A DNA stretch of 43,074 nucleotides from Catajapyx aquilonaris (taxonomy: Eukaryota), in assembly GCA_000934665.2 (NCBI GenBank), contig JYFJ02005024.1:1-43074 (forward strand), written 5' to 3'. Shown piece by piece: positions 11,122 to 24,155 of the stretch. Each line of letters opens with the position of its first letter. Position 1 is the stretch's first letter. Below the pieces are notes generated by a model, which saw only the letters and a list, made by a program, of their open reading frames with translations, was not told where the DNA came from and made no database searches. The position numbers and the translations under genes are program-made.

Positions 11122-11307
11122 CTAGAGTGAACCCGGACAACCGGAAGTGACAGGTCACTCAAAGTTGTCCGTGAAACCTACTATTTGGGGTACGGTGAAT
11201 CCGAATCCGAAAACCGTTTGTCGGCTATTTGCTGCTGTTTAGGCTCTGATATCTGTCCACGGACGGACAGACACACAAAGCCGGTCTATTTTGATAAGAA
11301 TAATAGA
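11122..11307 (-). mobile_element. Putative short non-autonomous Helitron
   Basis: The minus strand begins TCTATTATTCTTATCAAAA..TGTGTGTCTGTCCGTCCG. It ends with a CCGG-TTGT-CCGG hairpin followed by CTAG|T. Confidence 0.45.
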
Positions 11308-12077
11308 AATTGATTTTGAAAATAGCTATGGTAGGGACTATGTAACGAATGGCAGCTGCTGGCCACTTATTTTCTCCCCTTCATTCATCTCTTCTGAAAT
11401 GTTCCTTCTGGAAGAAGGGGACGTGTCATCTGGAATCTTTCAAGAAACTCATTTGTGGTAAATTTACCCCTTGGGGTGTGAGGGTTGCCAACTGGTGGAA
11501 TAGGTCGTGGTTTGACTGGAGTGTCTTCTTCCAGTTTGGAGTCCAAGGTTGTCCCCCTAGTCTGGACCCAAATGTGCAGACCATGTGTTGAAGAGGTGTG
11601 GCCATTGGTGGTGTGGGTGTTGGGGTAGCCCCCCAAACTTGAGGGGTGCCCCATCCACTTCTTCATCACTGCCCCAAAAGAAGAAATCCAAAGGAGACCT
11701 TGGAAGGACCAAGTCTTCAACCCACACGTCCAACAGCCTATTTTCGCCATTTAATTCTATCCTTGAAGTCTAATAATCGTGTGACGTGCATCCAGTCTGG
11801 TATCGAAAGGTGACCACTGCTGGTGAGTGACGTGACCCCCTCCGTAGAAAGTGGGGGCTCGGAAATGTGTGAATCACATATTATGCATGTGTTGTGTGCG
11901 GTTTCGCTTATCTTCGGGGTGATTAGAGAGTGATATGTGACGTGGGAAGTACATATAGGGGGTTTGCTGAGGAGGTGTGAGCACGTGTGGAACATGTTTG
12001 TGGTAGTTGTGTGGAAGAGTTGACGAGAGTTGCATGTGAGTACGTCTGCATGGTGAAGATGGTCTTGTAGGAGCAGT

Positions 12078-12728
12078 TCTGGCTCAAACTAGCCCGTGTA
12101 CTGGCTCACTACAGTGCTGTCCTGGCTCACTACAGTGCTGTCCTGGCTCATTACAGTACTGTATTAAGTGTACTGGCTCATTGAAATAATGTACGTATTC
12201 AGTGTAGTACTGGCTCACTACAGTACTGTACTGGCTCATTGCAGTGCTGTACTGCTCATTACAGTATTGTACTGGCTCACTACAGTACTGTATTTATTGT
12301 ACTGGCTCACTACAGTACGCTGTACTGGCTCATTACAGTACTGTACTCGCTGTACTGGCTCATCACAGTACTGTACTCGCTGTAATGGCTCATTACAGTA
12401 TTGTACTGGCTCACTACAGTACGTACTGTATTTATTGCACTGGCTCACTACAGCACGTACTGGCTTACTACAGTACGAATGTACTGGCTCATTACAGTAG
12501 TGTATTCAGTGTACTGGCTCACTACAGTAGTGTATTCAGTGTACTGGCTCACTACAGTACTGCATTCAGTGTACTGGCTCACTACAGTACTGTATTTATT
12601 GCACTGGCTCACTACAGCACGTACTGGCTCACTGCAGTAGCCTACTGTACTGGCTCATTACAGTACTGTACTCATGTAGCCTATACTGTACTGGCTTGTG
12701 TACTGGCTTAATCACAGTGTACTGACTC
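12078..12728. repeat. Minisatellite, core GTACTGGCTCACTACAGTA (20-30 bp units)
   Basis: More than 20 tandem degenerate copies. The same family recurs at ~13440-13975. Confidence 0.95.
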
Positions 12729-12744
12729 AACAGATTCCCCAACA

Positions 12745-15700
12745 ATGAGGCTGTTCGGACGACGCGGTTCGAGTGTCCCGGACGTCCAGGATGCGATCCG
12801 GAAAGAGGAGAAGGAATCCGGTGCCCAGCTCCTCAGACTCAAGCCCTTCAGGAGCAGTCTCCGGATGTTGTCTGCCGGAAACCTGTCCAGTCTAGGCAAG
12901 ACCAAGACATGGTCAACAATGTCATCCAGAAGCGAGGACTTCTCAGAGCCAAGAGCCCGGACAATCATTCCGTTGTCCCGAGAATTCAGGCCTTCACAAG
13001 AATCCCTATCATCTAATGGTGGTAAGTGTTTGCCAAACCGGTTCGAAAAACCGCAACGGTACAATGCGTGGGTAACCTTTAAACGTCGTAATGCCCAAAT
13101 TGGGGTTGCAGGCTTCACAAGGCCATTGGGCAATTCTGTTTCTTTTGCAACAATAAATGGAGACTGATGTCTCCTCCTGTTGCATGGAGGAAATTAGCAA
13201 TTGAGAGGTCTATATGACCACTTTTTTTTCTGCAAGGGTGTTGAGGAAAAAGGAGACTACGATGCAAGGGCGTCGAAGTGAAGTTACGCCCTGACTTTGG
13301 GCGCGACTTATTTATGTGGAAGAGGCGGAAACATGAGCAAAACAAGTCGTGGGATGATTTGGATACGGCCCAATAATGTCTAGAAAATAATACTTTTTTA
13401 TAGAGGTGGCCCAATCGTTGGCTAAAATCTTGCTGTGCTTGTATTGGCCCAAAACGTAGTGCTAGCTCTGTACTGGCTCAAACCGTGGTACTAGCTATGT
13501 ACTGGCTCATGTAGGCTACTAGCTCTGTACTGGCTCAAACAGTGGTTCTAGATTTGTACTGGCTCACTCTGTCGGGTTTCAGTGCACTTCCTCAGTATAC
13601 TGGTTTATGTACTGGCTCACTCTATTAGTTTGCAGTGGACTGACTCAGTACTGATTTATATACAGGGTGTCTCAACTTTTTTGTCCGAACAGTTATCGGA
13701 AAAGCCTCAGCTAGATCATTGAACTGGCTCAATGTTGGTTTTAAATGCACTGGTTCAGTGCTGGCTCATGTACTGGCTCACGCTGTTAGTTTGCAGAGTA
13801 CTGGATCATGTCTGGTTCAAACTGCAATATATTGTAAAATTTTAAATAATTTTTTCCACTTAGGCCCAACCATTATTATGAAAGAAAATTACAGTAAAAG
13901 TACTGGCTCATGTACTGACGCAGTACTGGCTTATGTACTGATTCAGTACTGACTCAGTACTGGATCAAACTGCAATGGTAAAATTTTTAATACGTTTTAA
14001 CACTTTCTCAGGGCCAAATATATTATGAAAGAAACTTACAGCAAAATTAATATATTTTCCTTTATACAACCGGTTCTAAGTGTAAAACTGCCAATTGTGT
14101 ACTCCTTTCTCCGCAACAATGCATTTGCCCTGCTTTTCTTTGCTCTTGTGGCCATATTGTGGGTGCCCATCTGACCAAAGCATCGCCAAGACACAGCACC
14201 TACATCTATTTTCCACGCCTCGAGCTCTGATTGGCCCTCATTTACAGTGTCTATCATTCACTTGCAAATTACACTGGAAAAAAAACTAGGGGCGTGACAG
14301 CTTCCGATTCTTTCCATCCTTGACTCTAATTACGACTAGCAATTACCTGATCTTATTACACTGTGTACTCCACCCGAAATTAGATTTTCACCTAGTGTCT
14401 CCGGAAACCGCAACAAAAATGGCTGCTTCCTTCATAAATCCGGATTTAAATTAGTCATGTCACCAAGGAAACGCGGTCAGATAAAAGTGACGTATTGTCG
14501 GTACTGGACATACGGGGAAATTATTGTTTTTTTGAAACCACAAAAGGTCGCCATTTTTGAGCCGATTCAAGGGCGGTTACCTCTAAAGTGCTCATTACAC
14601 ATGTAATCTTTGTGCGCTTTTTCCGGTGAGTCAGAGGAGCAAGAAATAGAGGGCGCGTTTTGGTCGCGTGTCTTGTAACCTGTCAAGGACGAGAAAGTTT
14701 TCTCAGATGGATTTAGAACCTGGTGTTGGATCAAGACAGTACAAGGTGTGTGGATAAGAGTCGAATTTAGTAAGTAGAAATATTCAGGTTGTATTTGAAT
14801 TATTTTCCCATCTGTCACTTATTGGCATGAACATGATGGGTCACAGCCAATTTTGCATTTTTGATGTATAGGCAGAGATTGTGCTTAAATAGGATCGAAT
14901 TCAGTAAGTACATATTTTTTCCCATCTGTCACTGATCCAGTCTGCCCTCGTTGTGCTGGGTCACAGCCAATTTCCCATTTTTGCTGTAGGCACACGGCAT
15001 GTACTTGTGCCTAAATATGATCAAATTCATTAAGTAAAAGACCAATTTGCATTATTTTCCCATCTGTCACTGATTGCTGTGCTGGGTCACAGCCCATTTC
15101 ACATTTTCGCTTTACTCCTTTAGGCACAAGGCAGGCACAGATTGTGCGTAAATAGGATCGAATTCAGCATTATTTTCCCATCTGTCACTTATCCAAGATG
15201 AACTACCCTCATTGTGCTGGGTCACAGACAATGTTGCATTTTCGCACATAGGCAGACAACTTTGTGAATTCGTGTATCCGGTGATGACATAACAATAGTT
15301 CGCACGCGACCATATTAGTTAGCCAACAATGACCCATAAAACTCTATCAATTACTTCCTCATTATGACCCCCCACTTCATATAATCCTTCCTATTACACG
15401 CTCTTTCACGAACCCATAAAGTACCCAGGTGCGAACCCCCCTGCACTATTGTGCACGCGATGACCAACAACAATGGTCACGCAACAATCAGACCACGTGT
15501 ATGCCACGCTTGACTGACGTCACAATGGCGGAAGGAGCTCCTCGCTTGGATGTGTCGCCCTAGTCATTATGGCGGTTGTTACTCAGTGTCCAAGAGAGCG
15601 TGACCATCATATCATGCAACTAGAATGCAGATGACATACCTTTTGTTTCTGTCGCAATTTGCTCTTTTCAACATCCACTGTAGATAGTTCATACACCTTA

Positions 15701-18700
15701 TGGACAGTCGCGAATTGGCGAATTCTGCGAATTCGCCATGTGTGTCGAGAATTCCTAACCAAAATCTGCAGAGATTTCTAAGTAAACAAATAAGATTCGC
15801 ATGAGTGATAACAACTTGCACCTGCCCATAATTTGATGATGGGGGGTGGTGGTAACATACACTGAATCTAGTCAAGTCTGAGGATGCAAAGAAAGGAAGG
15901 TGGTGGCAGGGTCGTTTCGCCTGGCTACCCTTCATTCCTGACATCCGCCCAGTTGAAATGGGCCTCTGGCTGGGGAGTTTTACCCACCAGTTTGTTGCAA
16001 ACACTCGAACAGATAACAACAACCGGAGGGAGAGTTACGGACTTTTGGTGATGTGGTGCTGCAGGGCACCCATAAGAGGTAGGTAGGTCAGACCATGCTA
16101 CAAATCACACAAGGAGTCAACTATAACGGGTCAAACTATGATAGTTTCGGTATGAACTTGCTGTAACGTCTACTGTACTGTCTACGTAGACGTTGAAGTG
16201 AGTACTACCAACGTACACTCTGAAGTGAGTTTTACCAAGCAGCCTACACGCTGAAGTGAGTAGCATACACTCTGAGCGGCCTGAAGTGAGTAGCCCACAC
16301 TCTTAACCATTTACCTTCTCTAGAGAGGGTAAATGGTTAAGAGTGTACACTCTGAGCGGCCTGAAGTGAGTAGCCTACACTCTGAACAGTCTGAAGTGAG
16401 TAGCTTACAGCACTGAAGTGAGTGTCTCAAGAACAGTTCTCACAACCTCGACGTGTATATGTAAACAATTGTTCCCCATAGATATGTAAACAATTGACCT
16501 CGATACAATTTTCCCTCATTACTCATCCATTGCATTGTCTTTCCAGAAATGTCACCGTGGAATAAGAACAACTTGGTTCAGAAGTTCAGACGTCTTCGTC
16601 GACGATGCTCGTCCTTTTCCGGCAGCAGTTTGTTCCGGTCACGACCACTGGAGGAAACCACTTCTGGACAGGAAGAAGACGCAGAGGATGAGGACGAAGA
16701 GCGGCACAACGTGGGCCACACCCATGTCTTCACTTCGCTAAAGCCGAACCTGAATCTCCGTGGGCGAATCCATCAGCTTCACCAAGGACTGTTGAAGCGA
16801 CGTTCCTTGTCTGTCCATGACATGCCAGTGTTTTATGTGCCCTCACCACTGAGTGACCCGAAGGAGTGTTTCAGCGACGATGAGGACGATGAGGACCTCA
16901 AGATCTATGTACCACCACCACTGTTTGAGGACCAGGAGGAACCGGAAGAACCTCGTCACAAAGGATGGGACTCGGGTTATGTGACGGACAAGGACAATAT
17001 CAGGAGTTGGAGTCCTGGTTCTAATAGTGACCTAGGGTCAGACTTGGGTATCGGACGGAGCCCAGTGTCAGCCTTCGAGGAGGAGTGTACCAGTGACCTT
17101 TTGGCTGAAATTAGTAGGTGTTTGGCTACCCAACACCTACATCCTCTACCCAAACCACCAGAAGTGGTCAACACCAACAAGGGAGGGTACGCCGGTACGA
17201 CGGTCAAGACACAGATTCGGACCAGTACCAAGCCGGTCAAGCCAAAAAGTAAGTATTCTGTGCACTGTAATTCATGTACTGACTCGGAGGTGGTATTTTG
17301 TGATCAACACAATAATACCAGCCAGCCCATAGTTCAGATGTACTGACTTGAAAATAGTACATCACAATGTACCGATTCGTGTACCGACTTGATCGGCAAA
17401 TACAACTGTCTACAGCACGGTACTGACTTGTATGCAGACCATCGTTCAGATGTACTGACTTCACAATGTACCGTTTCATCTTGGACGTCAAATACTGTCT
17501 ACAAGTCAGTACTGTAGACAGTACTTGACGTCCAAGTCAGTACATGAATTACAGAGTGGGGTTGTCTATTTTAACACATGGATCTATTTGTAGGTACACC
17601 ACCTCCACCACCACCGAGACCGAATATTAGAAGACCTCCTCTGAGCACGGGGCAATACCAACGTAGAAGTACCAGAGGAAGGTTGGAGGTCACGCCTGAC
17701 TCTAGAAGGCGGCAAGATACACGGGTCACCACAAAGACACCGTCTCCAACACGGATGGACGAAGACGTAAGTTGACCACAATCTATTCTAAGCAGCAAGT
17801 CATATAGTACTATGTACAGATAAGAGTATCTTGAACTCAATTTCACTATAATTAGACATTGTTAATCTCGTACTGGAACCGAACATCACGTCATACTAGT
17901 GACATAAATTTAAATTAATTTAAACAAAAAAAAAACTTAAACTCTCACTTAAGACCGTCACACAATATGAACTCACGAGTTTGCGCCACGGTACACACGA
18001 TGAACTGACTGATAATCTAGGAGGGGGATCTAGGAACTCAAACCGCATCATGAGATCATGACACAGGTCATAAACTTCCAATTCAATGGGTTTTGAAGGA
18101 TTACTTTTATTTTACAGTCATACTCGTAAAAACCAATAGAGTTCGCCTGTGTTGTCTTCATTGTTGGGAAACCAAGCTGCACTTTTCCGGCAAAGATAAG
18201 TGAAACTGGACGTGCCATGTTACGCCCACTAGGAATTTTACTGTAATATATTTTATCTTTATTAAATTTAATTATAATTTCACTCATAAATATTGTACTC
18301 AATTCGAATTATTTTTCATATTTAATAATTTTAAAGATCATGTAGTTTAAATTTAAACACTAAAACAAATAATTAAAACGACATAACAAATGAAATAAAA
18401 TGTTAAAGCTATTTAGCAAATATTTTATCAATTGTTCTAAAGAAGATTCGATCCTTCGTCTCACGGTTCCAGTTTTAATTATTTTTAATAATAGTAAAAA
18501 TTATGTAGTTTAAATTTAAAGCACTAAATCAGATAAAATTAAACATTCATTCATTATAAATAAGCAATAAATAAAATTAGCTAATATTTTTGTTCGATCG
18601 TAGATTTGATCCGCCATCCGTATAATAGGCGTCTGCAAGCGGTAGGCCGCAAGCGTATCAATCACACGAAACTGTTACTCCAACTGACATGACTAATCTG

Positions 18701-19341
18701 ACCTTTGTCCCCCCCGAATTTTCCAGTCCAAATTCTGCACTTTGCCTCGTCACTTCCGGTCGGCAGTTTTCACTATCCAGACCGTGGTATTCGAGAAAGG
18801 TCAAGGTCAGAAGAGCCTTGGGTTCAGCATAGTTGGAGGAAGGGACTCACCAAGAGGAAACATGGGTATATTTGTCAAGACCATTTTCCCCACGGGTCAA
18901 GCCGCAGAAGGAGGAAAACTCAAAGAAGGTATTTATATAAAAACCGGTAGTTGAAGTAGAGGAAAGGTCACACAATCAGTGGTCACAATGCGTGAAGGGT
19001 GAGAATAAAAGTATTAATTGGACGAAAAGTTAGTGGCATTGAATATATTTTAACAAACAGTATTTTCTCACAAATTTATTTTAAAGATTACACTATTAAG
19101 GTTCAGTGCCTCCCGCTAGAGGGATTTCCCACTGTCCGGTGGCGCCATCTGTTCCAAACCCTTCTAACTACTTTCCCCGTTTTTCGCAGGAGACGAAATA
19201 TTCGCGGTGAACGGAAACGCCACCCACGGACTGAGTCACCAGGAGGCCATACGGCTTTTCAAGGAGGTCAAGTCGGGTCAGGTCATCCTCCATATAGGAA
19301 GAAGGGTGCCTAGAAGGAGACGAGACGACAAGGGATCATGA
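12745..19341 (+). CDS. Single C-terminal PDZ-domain protein (PDZD2/pro-IL-16-type PDZ), ~501 aa. Exons 12745-13021, 16547-17248, 17594-17766, 18727-18928, 19190-19341
   Basis: Four GT-AG introns with phases 1,1,0,1 give one ORF. The spliced PDZ reads [91 protein letters not shown] at ~19872. Confidence 0.88.
13440..13975. repeat. Second, more degenerate array of the GTACTGGCTCA minisatellite (intron 1 of the PDZ gene)
   Basis: Recurrent GTACTGGCTCA/GTACTGA cores. Confidence 0.8.
14755..15260. repeat. Four degenerate ~114-138 bp tandem repeats
   Basis: TTTTCCCATCTGTCACT...GGGTCACAG recurs at ~14807, 14921, 15059 and 15177. Confidence 0.85.
16190..16425. repeat. Minisatellite CTGAAGTGAGTAGC..ACACT with an embedded 50-bp palindrome (16297-16346)
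   Basis: About 7 copies of TGAAGTGAGT. The hairpin arms differ by one mismatch. Confidence 0.85.
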
Positions 19342-20619
19342 TCATCCAAAAACAGATCTCTCTCTGTAATAGTATAATCGAGTCATTCATGACTTCAAAG
19401 TCATTCAGACCAGACAAAGTACCGTTTTCGAGTCTGAAGAGCAGCTGGTTTTTAATGGTACCTAGTGTTACAACAGTCTAACTTGTACTTACTGTAAATA
19501 TTTTGTTAACGCAACTTGTAGACCGTATCAGTATCATGACAGTATTTTGCCACGTAGTTCATAAATATTTTTTGGGATTACTGTAGATAGAGCCACCCTG
19601 TGGGACTTGGCGGCAAATTTGAATATTTCAAAAATAATTCGCGAAGGAATTTCGAAATTGCTGCCAACTTACAGATAGTGTAACTGCGAACTAATCCGTA
19701 AACGGTGCTAATCTTAATGTGTATATACACTTTAACATGCAGTTGGCAACATATCTCACCACTTTTGACGGCCAAGCAGTCAGAAGAACTTGGCCTTTTT
19801 TTACAGAAAGGTTTTTGGTGGGATACACTTTAACATGCAGCTGGCAACATACGTCCAAAGATGTTTTGTACAATAAAATAACTCATAGGATACTTAAAAC
19901 CTGTTTTATTTTTTAAATTTAAAAAAAAAAACAGATTTTTTTGAAATTTCAAGTCCTAGAACACATTTGATATGATTCTGACTAATAGTGTGAATCTGGT
20001 ACTATGCAGTGATAGTGCCCTCATGTATAGAGGTGAAGGTATGCGCCAGGTGTGCTCCACACGTTGCCAAGTTGACCACCCACAACCTGAGGGCCCATTG
20101 CAACATTCAATTTACAACACGTCTGCCATACTTCCCCAGGTCAGTCCTAATTTCTTTTTAAAACCAACCCAAAAAAAAATTGAATTCCGGCTTTTTTTTA
20201 CCTAAGGGCAAAATGGCCACGTACCACGTGGGAAATATTCCCACTTGCACCAATTAGACCTCAAGGTTGAGATGATCTCAGGAATTTATAGTCTGGCACA
20301 GTTTCCGTAGTTTTTACAACATGATCATATCCTTGACATGGCAACGTCGATCGAGAGAAAGGACCGGACCGAAAGAAAACGGTCCCGTTTGGCCCACAAC
20401 CACTCTGTTTTCCCTATGGTGTAGTTTGCCTTTTTGTCCCCCATTCTGGGGATGTTTGTTTGTTTTTTCTTTCAAAATAAGGAAGGATATGTTTGTTTTT
20501 TGAATAGAACACTAGAGGAACTTTGGTAAGTCTTTTTCCATTTTTTTTTTTTAAAAGAGTGAAGGGGATATAGGTCGGGCCTACACGTGGCTTGATTTCT
20601 ATAGATGGTAGGCTACATT

Positions 20620-22320
20620 TTGAGGCCGATCATATGGTGCATAACTTCAAAATAAACAATTTGGAACATTATAAGCTGATGATCGAACTTATAGATCATA
20701 AAAACCGGTTTTAAGGCTCGTTCATTATGCAGAACTTCAAAGTAGACTATTCGGGACATTATAAGCGGATGATCGGCCAATGATCGAACTGATCGATCAT
20801 TAAAACCGGTGTTTCATTCGGTTTTAACACTGCTTAGTGTGCAAAACTTTAAGTTGGACGATTCTGAACATTTTACCGGTTGATAGATTATTAAAACCGG
20901 GTTTTCAGACGGTTTTACGGCCCGATAATAATATTGTGCAGGAGCGGATGATCGGCCAATGATCTTCATTCGGTTTTAACACAGCTTAGTGTGCAAAACT
21001 TTAAGTTGGACGATTCTGAACATTTTACCTGTTGCTTGATCATTAAAACCGGTGTTAAGACGGTTTTTAGCTCGGTTAAAATATTATAAATCATCCATTT
21101 GGTGGTTCTTACGCCATGATCGGGCCTCAAAACCCAGTGAAACACCGAGTTTCATGATGGATCACGGTTCTAAATTATTCATTTGGTGGTTCCGCTTAAA
21201 ACCTATTTTAACCGAATGATCGAACTGATTTATTAAAACCGGAATTTCAGTCGGTTTTAAGCTAAGTTAAAATATTACAAATCATTCGGTTGGTGGTCCG
21301 CATCATGACCGGGCCATACCTTTAATATCTATGGACCCGGCCTTAAAACTGACTGAAACACTAGTTTTAACAATCGATCAGTTCGATCATTAGGCTAAAA
21401 TCGGGTTTAAGACCCGATCTTGGCGCAGAATCACTAACTGGATGATTTAGAACATTTTAACCGAATGATCGAACCGTGATCGATCATGAAAACCGGTATT
21501 TTAGCATTTTAGTCGGTTTTAATAACGATGCAGAATCATCAACCTGTGGTTGAGTTAGAACCGACTGAAACACCGGTTTTTATGATCGATCACAGTTCGA
21601 TCATCCGCTTGTAATGTTCCGAATCGTTCATTTTTGGGCCCCTTTAAGGGCAAATAATTTAAAAAATGAATTAAGAAGTCGTTAATTTTGGTGCTATGTA
21701 TACCATGACTTGGCCTTAAAACCGACTGAAATACCTGTTTTAAGGATCAGTCATGGCGCAGAACCACCAATTAAGTGGATGGTTAATTTTAATAAATAAA
21801 GATCGTTCATTTTGATGCTGTGTACCTTGAGGCCTTAAAACCGACTGAAACACCGGTTTTAATGACCGAACATTCGTTTTAAATCGGGTTTAATGCCCGA
21901 TCATGATTCATAACTTCATAAATGGACGATTCAGAACATTTTAAGCCAATGATGGACCTGAACGATCATTAAAATTGGTTTTAAAGCCCCCCCATAATGG
22001 TGCATAACGTCCTAATTGACGATTTGGAACGATATAACCAGTTCGATCATTAAATTCGGCATTTCAATCGGGTTTAAGGCCCGATCATAGTGCAGGATGA
22101 TTCGTAACATTATAACCGAATGATCAAACCAGTTCTAAGGCCCCCCAAAATGGTGCATAACGTTCTAATGGACTACTCCTGGTACAGTATACTGTACCTT
22201 TGTTTTTTCCAGCACCTTCTGACTAACTCAAGCGCATAAAAAACAAAAACAAAGGTACAGTATACTGTACTCCGGGTCTCAGGAGGTTTAAGCTGATGAT
22301 CAATATTAAACCCGGTTTTA
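20620..22320. repeat. Degenerate complex repeat array with units in both orientations
   Basis: GATCATTAAAACCGG, its reverse complement CCGGTTTTAATGA, and ATGATCGAAC recur throughout. Confidence 0.75.
22182..22270. mobile_element. Small MITE-like element with 26-bp inverted termini (TA|CAG...CTG|TA)
   Basis: GTACAGTATACTGTACCTTTGTTTTT ... AAAAACAAAGGTACAGTATACTGTAC. Confidence 0.6.
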
Positions 22321-23022
22321 ATGCCCAGTGTTCATCGACATCGTATGGTGGTGCCAAGTGGTGAAGGAGGTCAGCAATGGCCGGCGCCAAGCGATGACAT
22401 CAGGCGAAGGATGCAACGGGATCGCGCAAAAGTTGTAAGGGAAGGCTGCTGGGTGGTGGTGGTGGACAAGTGGTGGTGGAGGACCTTTAGGAAGGGGAGG
22501 TTACATGGTTGTTGGGGTTGGATGGTTGGAGAGGATGGAGGGTGAGAGGAGAAAGAACAAAAAAAATATGGTAGAGGGGAGCAGGTTCCAGTCGTAGGGT
22601 GTTGGAGGTGGAGGAAGGTGGCTTTTGAGATGAGTTAGGCGAGTTATAAGGTATGTGGGATGTGTTTTTTAAAGTTTTGTTTTGGTGGATATTGTTGTTG
22701 GGGTGTTGTAACGTGCCAAGGACGGATGAGTCACTGAGTTTTGTAGTGATCCATGAACTTTGTGTTTGTTCATGGTTGGTGTTCGGATGGTCATTGGTCA
22801 GCTTGAATAACTGTCAAAATGTGACTTATTGCTCCGAATGTCAAAGATTTAAGAATAGAAACTGTTGTGACCACGAACACTCGGATTATCAGATAATTCT
22901 GTATAAGTGTGTACACTTATTTTCTACAATTAAAACAGAACTTAATTGGACCAGTGGCACCAATTGTGGCACATACCAAACAGTACAATACTGCTCATAA
23001 AATTTATAGTCAGACTCATGGG

Positions 23023-23105
23023 AATTTTTATAGAATTCATTGTATTTAGGACCAGTTTCCATATCATGGAAACTGGTCCTAAATACAATGAATTCTATAA
23101 AAATT
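23023..23105. repeat. Perfect palindrome, 40-bp arms with a 3-nt loop
   Basis: AATTTTTATAGAATTCATTGTATTTAGGACCAGTTTCCAT-ATC-ATGGAAACTGGTCCTAAATACAATGAATTCTATAAAAATT. Confidence 0.95.
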
Positions 23106-23649
23106 AATAAATCGAATACCTACAGGTATTCGATTTGGGGGGGGGGGGCATTCCCCCAAACCCAGTTTTAGCAAAAATTCTCGGTTGTCAAACCCTCCTA
23201 TTTTTTTGTAGTCACGTTGTCGTGGTCCTATCACGACATATCAAGGTCACAATTCGCAAATTTCTCCAGACAAGTGCGCCACTTGTATCTCCTCATACAA
23301 AAAACCACCAACTCTTATCCTGGTTCAAGTTTCATCCGACATCTAAGCCCTGACATGTGACTTCCTTTCTGCCTAACTGTCCATTAGGTTTTATTTAGCC
23401 TATTAAAAAATATATTTATGGCCATCCTAGTGAGGAGGGGGTATACCATTGCAGTACAGTGACTCCCTAGCTCTTAAACCGAAACATCCGTCATTTCAAG
23501 GTAACAGAATGAGGAACCAGTTTGAGCTTCCTTATTCAGAATATAGGCAACACTGTATATAAGTTATATATGTTATTTATTTATTTATTTATTTATTTAT
23601 TATTTAATTACCCTGTGATAGGGCGGAGCCATTTTAGGGGGAAGGGAGG

Positions 23650-24155
23650 GCGCTGTAATTATCGTCATTTCTGACTTTATGAAATACACCATTTCTCCTG
23701 GCCCTGAGCAAAGTAGGGAGTGCAATTATAGTCATTTCTGTCTTTCTGAAATACACCATACCTTTTCTCCTGGCCCTGGGCAGAGTAGGGAGTGCAATTA
23801 TAGTCATTTCAGGCTTTCTGAAATACACCAGACCTTTTTCCTGGCCCTGGGCAGAGTAGGAAGTGCAATTAGAGTCATTTCTGACACTCTGAAATACGCC
23901 AGACCTTTTCTCCTGGCCGTGGGCAGAGTAGGGAGTGCAATTATAGTCCTTTCTGACTGTCTGAAATACACCAGACCTTTTCTCCTGGCCCTGGGCAGAG
24001 TAGGGAGTGCAAGTCATTTCTGACACTCTGAAATGCACCAGACGTTTTCTCCTGGCCCTGGGCAGAGTAGGGAGTGCAATTAGAGTCATTTCTGACTGTC
24101 TGAAATACACCAGACCTTTTCTCCTGGCCCTGGGTAGAGTAGGGAGTGCAATTTA
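23650..24155. repeat. Tandem repeat, ~71-72 bp x 7
   Basis: CTGGCCCTGGGCAGAGTAGGGAGTGCAATT recurs at ~23698, 23770, 23841, 23913, 23985, 24053 and 24124. Confidence 0.95.

Noticed and set aside
10675..11130. 151-aa ORF with an SLSLSL run
   Set aside because: It is held open by the (TC)n microsatellite and starts at a non-ATG codon.
11341..12070. Possible solo LTR beginning TGTAACG
   Set aside because: I could not locate a matching TTACA end, TSD, PBS or PPT.
12168..12711. Repetitive ORFs in several frames (CTGSLQY, VLAHYST, YWLTTV)
   Set aside because: These are translations of a minisatellite, open on both strands with no splice or codon support.
13661..13705. Mariner-like terminus TACAGGGTGT
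   Set aside because: It is a single short end with no second TIR.
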